A stretch of DNA of 64,000 bases from Eledone cirrhosa (Eukaryota): the NCBI GenBank assembly GCA_964016885.1, contig OZ024743.1:76260001-76324000 (forward strand), given 5' to 3'. Made by a program: the position numbers and the translations under genes. Below, one piece after another: positions 13,244-22,394 of this stretch. Numbering within the stretch: the first letter of the stretch is position 1; each line of letters opens with the position of its first letter. The notes below the pieces were generated by a model, which worked only from the letters and a program-made list of their open reading frames with translations, made no database searches and was not told the DNA's origin.

Positions 13244-13808
13244 TGGTGGCTGCCAACTCGTTTTCGAGTACGGCCACTACTTTATATCCATGTAAGAGAA
13301 CCCCTACCGATGCACTGAACGAGTGTGACTTTTTAGTCCAGCCAGCGACTTGAAAACTCTGGTACAAACAATACACTTGTGACAATTATTGACACATAGT
13401 GCTGGGCCCATGATACCATGTGAGGACAAGTGCAGAGCGATCTCCAGATATAAAGCAATGCCTGTGCCGTGAAGCTTTTATAGTGAGCAAAGGCACTGCA
13501 CAAAGCCAGTCCCACTCTCTTAACCAAGATGATATTTACCAAAAGGAAGAACAAGTCAACATCATTGGATACCATCAGAGTTGCAGGTGTTATATCAGAG
13601 TTTTCCTTCTCCTAGAATTCTGCCTTGACAAAGGCTAAGGGGTCATCTCTCCCGGTGATTTTGGATGGCCATTGACTCTTAAGAGCTCCTTTGTCCTTTG
13701 ACAGGTTTTGTTTTTAGTCCTGCAGGATGTCCAAAGTCACCCTCCTCACCAAGAAACCTTGGTGGGGTTGCCAGTTTAGTCGCCAACGACCCGACCAAGA
13801 GACAGGTT
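13243..13808 (-). mobile_element. Internally deleted non-autonomous RTE derivative (5'UTR + last zinc finger + 3' end)
   Basis: 5' part carries the RTE UTR motif CTAGGAGAAGGAAAACTCTGA. 13381-13304 encodes HKCIVCTRVFKSLAGLKSHTRSVHR*. Ends with hairpin ACTCG-AAAA-CGAGT and a (TATG)n tail. Confidence 0.8.
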
Positions 13809-13810
13809 GT

Positions 13811-13874
13811 ACATACATACATGATGGCTGCCCCCTCGTTATCGAGTATGGCCATTGCATAAAAAAAAAAAAAA

Positions 13875-13949
<75 letters not shown>

Positions 13950-16900
13950 GACAACAACAATAATAATATACATATTCATATATATATACACACACACGCA
14001 CGCACATAAGCATATCTACACACACACACACAAACACACGATAGCAACTAACAGTGCTGCGATCGAATGTGGCTTTTTAGCCCAGCCAATGATCCAAAAT
14101 GTCTTGCACAGAGTCGGCAACCAAAACATTTACTGGGAATAGTCGGCTGTGGTTGGAGTTCGTGTACTTTTGCATGTCGCTTGAGTCCTCCTGCTGATTT
14201 ACATTCTCTACCACATGTTTGGCAAGCATGATGAGTAGCATCTCCAACAGCAGCCTGGTAGTCAACCACTGGTCTTACTTTATGACTGCGAAGATGACTT
14301 TCGAGTCCAGCTTTGCTTAGGCAGAGTCTCGCACAGACGCTGCATGTCAGAAACATAGGAGGACCCTCGCCGTCTGGAAGTGCAACAGCAATACCCTTCC
14401 TCACGTCCCGCTTTACTTTCTCGTGTGCGATTCGAGATGCCTCAAAGGCAACTTTTCCCTCATATACAGTCTTTCTCCATTTATTACGATCAGCAGCAAT
14501 ATTTTCCCATGTATCAGCAGAGATGTTAGCGTCTTTCAGAGAGGCCTTCAAGGAATCCTTATACCTCTTTTTTGGTTTATGTGGCGGTCGTTTTCCTTTA
14601 ACCAACTCTCCATAGAAGAGTTGTTTTGGTATTCTAGAATCCTTCATCCTGGCAAGGTGACCACTCCAACGGAGTCGCTGCTTAAGCACAAGAGCTTCTA
14701 TACTGTCACACATAGAGCTTTCCAAAATCTCGACATCACTGATGTGGTCCCTCCAGTGAACGCCATGTATCCGTCTGAGACACATCTGATGGAAACGCTC
14801 CAATTGCTTAAGGTGGCGTCGATATGTGACCCAGGTCTCGCAGGCATAAAGAAGACAAGAGAGTACACATGCCCTGTACACCTTTACCTTTGTCCTCCTG
14901 CATATGTCTCGCCGACCCCAGAGTCGCCTTTCTAGCTTTCCGAAAGCATCACTTGCTTTCCTAATCCTAAGTGAGATTTCACTGTCAAGGTTGCCGTATC
15001 GATTGACAGTGCTTCCCAGGTAGACAAACTGATCAACCACTCCAAGTCGTTTGCCATACACATAGATGTTTGGTTCAGTGTACTGCCTACCAGGTGCAGG
15101 TTGGTACATGACGACGGTTTTCTTGAGACTGACAGTCAAACCCAGGGCAGTGCAAGCGTCAGAAAATACATTCAAAATGTGCTGCATATCACTCTCTGTG
15201 TGCGCTACAAGATCGCAATCATCTGCATACAAGAGGTCTCTTATGACCGATGTAAATACTTTTGTCTTCGCAGCAAAGCGCCTGATGTTAAATATGCTGC
15301 CTGAGGTTCGATATCGGATGTAAACACCATGCTCGCAATTCCTGAATGCAATACAGAAAACCATTGCAAAGTATATGGCAAACAGGGTCGGTGCTGGAAT
15401 ATCCCCCTGTTTCACTCCATTTTTTACTGAGATAGGCTCCGACATGTTACCTCCGACATTAACCCAAGCCTTCATGTCGTCATGGAAAGACCTAACTAAA
15501 GCAAGGAACTTATCAGGGCAACCAAGCTTCTGGAGAACCTTCCATAATGCATCTCTGTTGACAGTATCGAAAGCCTTTGTCAGATCGACAAAAACCTGAT
15601 ACAGATCCAAGCCCTGTTCAATGCACTTCTCCTGGAGCTGTCTAGCTGAGAAGATCATATCAGTAGTGCCGCGTCCAACACGAAAACCAGATTGACTTTC
15701 AGGAAGGACACAATCTGCAATGTGTGTCAGCAGACGGTCCAGAAGCACCCTACATAAAACTTTCCCCACGACAGAAAGCAATGATATACCTCTGTAGTTC
15801 CCACAATCATTCCTGTTACCCTTTCCCTTGTACAAGACCACCATTACTGCATCTCTCCAGTCCTCAGGCACGGATTCATTAGCCCATATCCTTCCAAACA
15901 GAGAGTGAAGATGTTGCAGGAGTCTCTCACCACCATGTTGTAGGAGCTCAGCATGTATGCCATCCATACCTGGAGATCTTCCACTGTTCAGCTTCGAAAT
16001 AGCCACTGCAACCTCCACAAGTGTCGGAGGCTCTGCGAGAGCTACTTTCACAGGACTTTCCGGAATGAGATTGAGGAAATCTTCACTGACGACAGACGGC
16101 TGATTCAAAAGATCATCAAAGTGCTCCCGCCACCTTCGTAGAATTCCCTGTGAGTCACGAAGAAGTTCTTTGCCATCCTTGCTGCGAATCGGTGTCACCA
16201 GAGAAGAAGACGGTCCATAAACCTCACGCAAGAGACTGTACAACAGCTTTGTGTTATTGCAATCAGACGCAGTTTGTATCTCACCAGCCTTCTCACTCCA
16301 CCACTGATCCTTCATCTGAGAAAGACTCCGCCTAACACGTGATTTTACATCCCTGAGCTCCTCATGCAACGTATTCCTCTCCTGTGGTCTTGCCGTCAAG
16401 TAGCGTGACAGAGCGCGCCTCTTATCAGCCAACAAGTCATCTATATGCACATCTTTCTCATTAAACCAGTCCTGATGTTTTCTCTGCACCAATCCCAGAA
16501 CACGTCTGCCTACATCATAAACCGACTTTTTAAGGGTCGGCCAATCCTCACCAAGATCTGCAGCCTGCATCTCTTCTTCCAATGTCCTCTTCACATTTTT
16601 ATCCTTAAGACGAGCAGCATTCAATCTTTTGGGCAGGGTAACACCAGGAGCCCGGATTTTACGTTTGGTGATTAGATTCACTTTTGCGCGTACCAGGCGG
16701 TGGTCCGTCCAGCACTCAGCTCCACGAAGAACACGAACACACCGCACATCCTGTCTGTCACGCATCCTGACTAGGACGTAGTCCAAAAGATGCCATTCCT
16801 TAGATGCAGGATGCATCCATGTGGTCTTGAATTTGTTCTTTTGTTGGAACATGGTGTTGGTAACACACAGATCCAGCTCCTCACACATCTGCAGCAAGAG

Positions 16901-17601
16901 CATACCATTGCTGTTACACTTTCCCACCCCATGCCTTCCGATTACATTCCATGTGTTAAAATCCCTACCCACTCTAGCATTAAAGTCACCAAGCACGATG
17001 ACTTTGTCTGCCTGAGGGATATTTCTTAAAACACCTTTCAAGGCATGGTAAAAGGACAGTTTTTCTTCATCGACAGAATTCATAGTTGGAGCATACACAC
17101 TCACCAGGGTAGCATATCTTCCCTTGTCCAGCGGAACTCTCATGGACATAAGACGCTCACTAATCCCCACTGGGAATTCTTCCAATTTATTCACCAGTAC
17201 AGTCTTAACAGCAAATCCTACCCCAGCCTCTCTTCTGGTTCCTTCATCTCTTCCTTTCCAGAAGAATGTATATTCTCCACAAAATTCCGTAAGATGACCA
17301 TCTCCAGCTAACCTCGTCTCAGACAAAGCCACGATGTCAAGATCGTAACGTCGAAGCTCCTTCGCAACAAGAGCGGTCCTTCGTTCAGGACGCTCCAAAG
17401 AATCCCTGTCAAGCAGCGTCCGTACGTTCCAGCAGCCAAGACTAAATGCCCTGTTTGGCTCTATTACAATGGCACGATGACGGGCGGGCCCAGGTTGTGA
17501 TAACTTGGGGCCCCTGCCCTTATTGCCAATGATCTTTTTTGTTCCAGAACCCAAATTGGCAATTATCTCGTTTACATTGTTCTGGAACATCATTGAATTG
17601 G

Positions 17602-17639
<38 letters not shown>

Positions 17640-17642
17640 ATA

Positions 17643-17677
<35 letters not shown>

Positions 17678-17980
17678 ACACTATTAATAATTATTAATGC
17701 ACTCGTGCAATGCCTGTGCGTGACGAATATTTTTAAAGTGAGGAAAGACTGTGCACTGAACCAATCCCACTCTCTGAGCGACAGTAGCTATAACCCGAAA
17801 AGAAGAAAAGATCAACATCATCGGTAACTACTGAGCCGCAGGTTTTATATCGGAGTTAACCCAGTTTCCTGAGATGCCTTCTCCTAGAAGAATACCCTGA
17901 CATGGGCTAGGGGTTCTTCACTCCCAGTGGTTTAACTGCGCGATCGGGCATCCAGCCCGATTATTTCTATGTCCCCGCGC
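13811..17980 (-). mobile_element. Apparently full-length RTE (BovB-like) LINE
   Basis: 5'UTR module at 17690-17980 (copies at 38288 and 49528), single intact ORF, and 3' terminus GGCCATACTCGATAACGAGGGGGCAGCCATCA with (TGTA)n tail. No TSD recognised. Confidence 0.9.
14048..17593 (-). CDS. RTE LINE polyprotein: APE endonuclease, reverse transcriptase and three C2H2 zinc fingers (1181 aa)
   Basis: APE motifs WNVRTL, LSETR, VYAPT, GDFNA, LDYV, TDHR. RT motifs FVDLTKAFD, GVKQG, LLYADD. Fingers CSVC..HLRSH, CQTC..HAKVH, CRLC..HIRSQH. No stops or frameshifts. Confidence 0.97.
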   Translation of the reverse strand: MMFQNNVNEIIANLGSGTKKIIGNKGRGPKLSQPGPARHRAIVIEPNRAFSLGCWNVRTLLDRDSLERPERRTALVAKELRRYDLDIVALSETRLAGDGHLTEFCGEYTFFWKGRDEGTRREAGVGFAVKTVLVNKLEEFPVGISERLMSMRVPLDKGRYATLVSVYAPTMNSVDEEKLSFYHALKGVLRNIPQADKVIVLGDFNARVGRDFNTWNVIGRHGVGKCNSNGMLLLQMCEELDLCVTNTMFQQKNKFKTTWMHPASKEWHLLDYVLVRMRDRQDVRCVRVLRGAECWTDHRLVRAKVNLITKRKIRAPGVTLPKRLNAARLKDKNVKRTLEEEMQAADLGEDWPTLKKSVYDVGRRVLGLVQRKHQDWFNEKDVHIDDLLADKRRALSRYLTARPQERNTLHEELRDVKSRVRRSLSQMKDQWWSEKAGEIQTASDCNNTKLLYSLLREVYGPSSSLVTPIRSKDGKELLRDSQGILRRWREHFDDLLNQPSVVSEDFLNLIPESPVKVALAEPPTLVEVAVAISKLNSGRSPGMDGIHAELLQHGGERLLQHLHSLFGRIWANESVPEDWRDAVMVVLYKGKGNRNDCGNYRGISLLSVVGKVLCRVLLDRLLTHIADCVLPESQSGFRVGRGTTDMIFSARQLQEKCIEQGLDLYQVFVDLTKAFDTVNRDALWKVLQKLGCPDKFLALVRSFHDDMKAWVNVGGNMSEPISVKNGVKQGDIPAPTLFAIYFAMVFCIAFRNCEHGVYIRYRTSGSIFNIRRFAAKTKVFTSVIRDLLYADDCDLVAHTESDMQHILNVFSDACTALGLTVSLKKTVVMYQPAPGRQYTEPNIYVYGKRLGVVDQFVYLGSTVNRYGNLDSEISLRIRKASDAFGKLERRLWGRRDICRRTKVKVYRACVLSCLLYACETWVTYRRHLKQLERFHQMCLRRIHGVHWRDHISDVEILESSMCDSIEALVLKQRLRWSGHLARMKDSRIPKQLFYGELVKGKRPPHKPKKRYKDSLKASLKDANISADTWENIAADRNKWRKTVYEGKVAFEASRIAHEKVKRDVRKGIAVALPDGEGPPMFLTCSVCARLCLSKAGLESHLRSHKVRPVVDYQAAVGDATHHACQTCGRECKSAGGLKRHAKVHELQPQPTIPSKCFGCRLCARHFGSLAGLKSHIRSQHC

Positions 17981-18167
17981 AAAAAAAAAAAAAAAAAAAA
18001 AAAAAATTACTTATTGACACTTATACGTACGACATACACACACACGCATACATATGCGTGCACACAGCAACACTCACACACACAACAAACACACACACAC
18101 GCTACTCTACTCACTTACACGCACACACACACACATACATACATACATACATACATACATACATACA

Positions 18168-18198
<31 letters not shown>

Positions 18199-18345
18199 GT
18201 ACATACATACACACACATATATATATATATATACTATATTAAAGCATTGAATTAATTACCACAGTAATTTTTCTGGCTCACTGCTTTCTGAGTTCAAATC
18301 CCGCTAAGGCCAACTTTGTATTTTATCCTTTCGGGGTTAATAAAT

Positions 18346-18594
18346 TGAGAGATCACAGCTCCGATATTATGGGCATGTAGTTAGAATGTCTCAGGAGAGA
18401 ATTGCTGGACAGATTTTACGAGCAAAACCAACCAGCAGGAAACCCAGGGGTAGACCCCGAGCAAGGTGGTTGGATAACATCTATGAGCTTGGCTGGTCTC
18501 ACTCCAGCTGGATCAGTTGGAAACGGCGACTTCTAACAGGACCTGCTGAGGACTCTGTCCCCACCACCCTCTCAGATATAAGTGGGCGAAGAAG

Positions 18595-18623
<29 letters not shown>
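18346..18623 (+). mobile_element. 5'-truncated RTE LINE 3' end with (GAA)n tail
   Basis: Translates YYGHVVRMSQERIAGQILRAKPTSRKPRGRPRARWLDNI. Confidence 0.85.
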
Positions 18624-18625
<2 letters not shown>

Positions 18626-18928
18626 GTATGTGTTCCAGTGAATTACTGGTATCAAAACAAGCACTTGATGCACAGTCAGAAAGTATATATTAATAAAAAC
18701 GAAGAAGTTTCGTTTACGTGTTTGACAGATCTCTCATCACCACAGCAGAGGTCTGACAAGCTTTTGATTCCAGAGTCGGGCCATATCGATACAGCTCGAA
18801 CCTTGAGCTGATCAATAGCGAAACATGCTTCACTACTCAATAAACGTAATGAAGATATAACAAATCGTCCTTTTATTATTATAATTACACTCTGCTTAGT
18901 TCTACACCTCTTTACCGACTGGAAACTA

Positions 18929-19080
18929 AGACCGACGGCTGAGCTCTTGCCGTTTCAACAGCCAGCTCCAAACTGATTCTGGAACTAGCAGTTGAACCGG
19001 AACAGCTCAGCCGGCGGGTCGCGACTTTTTATAATATAGCCATACTCTACTATCCAATGTATCGAGTACTCTGTTGAGTA
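18929..19080 (+). repeat. Palindromic TA-associated cassette (family P1)
   Basis: Inverted arms GACGGCTGAGCTC..CCGTTTC plus a shared extension (ACTCTACTA...GAGTACTCTG). Confidence 0.7.
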
Positions 19081-19112
19081 AAGGTCTAACCAGTTTCAAG
19101 CTGAATCCATCA

Positions 19113-19171
<59 letters not shown>

Positions 19172-19181
<10 letters not shown>

Positions 19182-20136
19182 AAATTAAGTATGTGTGTGT
19201 CTGTGTATTACCTAAAGGGGCCTACATCTTACGACCGATTTTCATGAAACTTTACAGGCTCATAGATTAGTCATCGGGGAGTGTTTTCTAAATATCAGCG
19301 TATCGTTTTTTTTTATTCCGGGGTCATTCTGCAGATAAAAATAAGATCTTTAGCTCTAGCTCCCACATTTTGCCACCGATTTCGTTCAAATTTTAAAGCA
19401 AAATAGAATTTGTCATTGCACATCCTGTAATGGCTTTATATTTTGCATGTGTTGTTCAGGGACGGCGAGGCAGCCGCTTAAATATTCAAAAATACCACTT
19501 TTAGACTCAAATTTCCACATTTTCGGCTCTAGCTTCCACATTAATCAACCTACTTTGTTCAAATTTTACACTACGCTAGATCTGATTATTTCACGTCTTA
19601 AAGTGGCTTTACATTTTGGATTTTTTGTTCAGAACGACGTGGCAGCCGCTTAAATATTCGAAAATACCACCTTTTCGCTCAAATTTCCGCCTTTTCGGCT
19701 CTAGCTCCCACATTTTTCAACCGATTTCGTTCAAATTCGAAACTTCGGCTCCACCTCACACATAAATCAATTTATTTGGTTCAACTTTTATACTACGATA
19801 GAACCTATTATTGCACATCTTATAGATGGCCAAAGGCAAAACGATGGCCACTGACGTCGTCTGAGCTTTTAGTTGTGTATTTGAGAATTCATCGGTTTTT
19901 CAATCAAGTAGCGTGAGGAAATTTGGCTTAGTGTTAGAGGTCATTACCTCCCTCCCCCAGCATGCCCCTTCGTCAGTCACCCGCGTTTCTCAGTGATAGA
20001 AGTCATCACCACTCTCCCCCGCATGGCCTGTGTGTGGCTATAGATGAGTCATCGAGAAGCAGTCGCTAAGATCAACACCTTTTCATCAAAGCAGATATTA
20101 TTTTACCTACCCAGGCAACGCTGGGTACTGCTGCTA

Positions 20137-20137
<1 letters not shown>
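19172..20137 (+). mobile_element. Non-autonomous Helitron-like element within (TA)n
   Basis: Starts TATATATAAAA..(GT)n..CCGATTTTCATGAAACTT, like the 236 copy. Ends CCCAGGCAACGCTGGG...CTAG|T. Confidence 0.75.
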
Positions 20138-20216
<79 letters not shown>

Positions 20217-20470
20217 ATGTATATATAGAAGCCCAATTTCAATTTAATAGCTAGTTTTTACAACCATTAGTGTGTCATTTACAACTTGTATTAATGGTGT
20301 TGTAACCTGATAAACTTCAGCAAGTGCATACATTTAGAATCTCCAATGTTAAATGTGTGACATCGACCGTGTTGAAAGCAAATAAATGTACTTCATTCCG
20401 GTCACCTCCCAACTTAGTGTCTTTTCGATTCAGACAACCATGTCACAAACTTACTGGCAATGGAAACGTA

Positions 20471-20660
20471 GGGCGGTGGATTGGCAATATCGGTAGAGGG
20501 TCTGACGCCATGCTTTGCAACATAGAGTTACGGCCCTTTATCGTGTGAGTTCAAATTCCGTCGAGGTTAACTTTGCCTTTCCTCCTTACGGGGTCGAAAA
20601 ATAAAGTACCAGTAATACACTGGGATAATTGCTGGCCTTGTGCCAAAAGTAGAAACAATA
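20471..20660 (+). mobile_element. tRNA-derived SINE (family 1)
   Basis: Full head, B box, core and tail. Confidence 0.9.
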
Positions 20661-20709
20661 GTAATGGAAACATAGGAATGAATAAATAACTATATAAATA
20701 AATATATAA

Positions 20710-20710
<1 letters not shown>

Positions 20711-20740
<30 letters not shown>

Positions 20741-20904
20741 CTTCTTCTTCTTCTTCTTCTTCTTCTTCTTCTTCTTCTCTATTCTTGAGCGAGTCTTGAT
20801 GGGTCCTCCAGCAGGTCCTGTCAGAAGCAACCGTTTCCAACTGATTCGCCTGGGTCCCCAAAAGAGCCAACCAAGCTCATGGATGTTATCCAACCATCTT
20901 CCAC

Positions 20905-20905
<1 letters not shown>
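20711..20905 (-). mobile_element. RTE 3' end with (AAG)n tail
   Basis: Homologous to 18480-18623. Confidence 0.8.
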
Positions 20906-20981
<76 letters not shown>

Positions 20982-20983
<2 letters not shown>

Positions 20984-21080
20984 GTGAAATAGTGAAGAAT
21001 AACATGGTCAGCTGTACAAAAAGGGTTTTATAAAACCCTTTTTGTATAACCGACCACGTTTTTCTTCACTATTTCACTAC
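20982..21080. repeat. ~49-bp-arm palindrome at the edge of a (TA)n-flanked cassette
   Basis: Centre AAAAAGGGTTTTATAAAACCCTTTTT; outer arms TAGTGAAATAGTGAAGAA / TTCTTCACTATTTCACTA. Confidence 0.85.
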
Positions 21081-21228
21081 TATTACTCCAAGAATGACCT
21101 GCATGGGAATTCTCGCAAAGTCGGTCCCTAACTCTGGAAACCTCTTGTTGAGTCAAACAACGCCGTATGTTAAAACTATCCATAGTACAGAGTACTCACA
21201 ACCCCTAACTGGATTACCTAAAACGAGA

Positions 21229-21291
<63 letters not shown>

Positions 21292-21298
21292 GATATCT

Positions 21299-21331
<33 letters not shown>

Positions 21332-21504
21332 AAACTCTGTATAAAACTCTGACCGTTTCAATATAGTCTCAATATATTTACAGTAATGTGATGAAAGACT
21401 CCATGATTAAAGAATGATTTCTTTATATATTATTTATTATATATTTATTATTTATTTATTATGCATTTATCAACATTTTATTTGTTATCACGGTAAGATG
21501 GAGA

Positions 21505-21720
21505 GGGTGGATTGAGCGTATGGAAGAAAGTCGGGCAACATTCTTCGTAGTATAAACTTATGGCTCTTTTCGTTCTGATTTCAAATCCCGCTGAAGTTAG
21601 CTTTCCGTTTCATCACAATGTGGTCGATAAAATAAAGCACCAGAAACGTACTGGAGTCGATTTAATCGACTTTCACCTCCTCTCAAATTGTTGACCTTGC
21701 GCCTAAATAAGAAATCATTT
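21505..21720 (+). mobile_element. tRNA-derived SINE (family 1, diverged)
   Basis: TTCAAATCCCGC..GTCGATAAAATAAAGCACCAG. Confidence 0.8.
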
Positions 21721-21825
21721 TAAAGGTGAATAACATAGAGAAGAAGGATTTCTATGTATGTATTATATGTATCACGATCCTGGGAATGTGCAGGGAAAAC
21801 TCCAGAATAACGAGACTCACTACAG

Positions 21826-21930
<105 letters not shown>

Positions 21931-22080
21931 CAAGGGTGTGTATGATTGTGTATAGAAGATTATATTAATAAAAGGAGTTCCAACTTTGTCTGATTTACTC
22001 GTTTTATTTACAATCCTTTAAAATTTATAATGGTATTAGAATGAAATAGTATGGTAGAATATTAAATGTTAAGTGTTAAT

Positions 22081-22119
22081 TGAACAAGTACTTTCATGCT
22101 TTCGCAATCTTCAGGTTCA
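22081..22119 (-). ncRNA. Type-I minimal hammerhead ribozyme motif
   Basis: TGAAC-CTGAAGA-T-TGC-GAAA-GCA-T-GAAA-GTAC-TT-GTTCA: perfect 5-bp stem I, intact core, palindromic stem III. Confidence 0.8.
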
Positions 22120-22151
22120 TAATGTGTGGTGACAGTCATGTATATATATAT

Positions 22152-22294
22152 GGACCATAACGTACCAGAGTACACGATACTATGGGTAGTAGAGTGGGTA
22201 ATAGGAAAAGAGTCAGGACCCCACGGCTGGGCTCCGGCCATTTCGTCAGCTATTTGTCGAAACGGCCGGAGCTCAGCCGTCGGGGTCCTTACTC

Positions 22295-22298
<4 letters not shown>
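22152..22298 (-). repeat. Palindromic TA-embedded cassette (family P1)
   Basis: Same arms and extension as the 25597 and 30355 copies. Confidence 0.8.
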
Positions 22299-22378
<80 letters not shown>

Positions 22379-22394
22379 TATACGTGAAAAAATT

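Noticed and set aside
14313-17311. Plus-strand ORFs overlapping the RTE
   Set aside because: Antisense shadows of the real ORF with no recognisable motifs.
13600-17980. HDV-like ribozyme in the RTE 5'UTR modules
   Set aside because: Hairpins are present, but I could not build the nested double pseudoknot by eye; needs an RNAMotif search.
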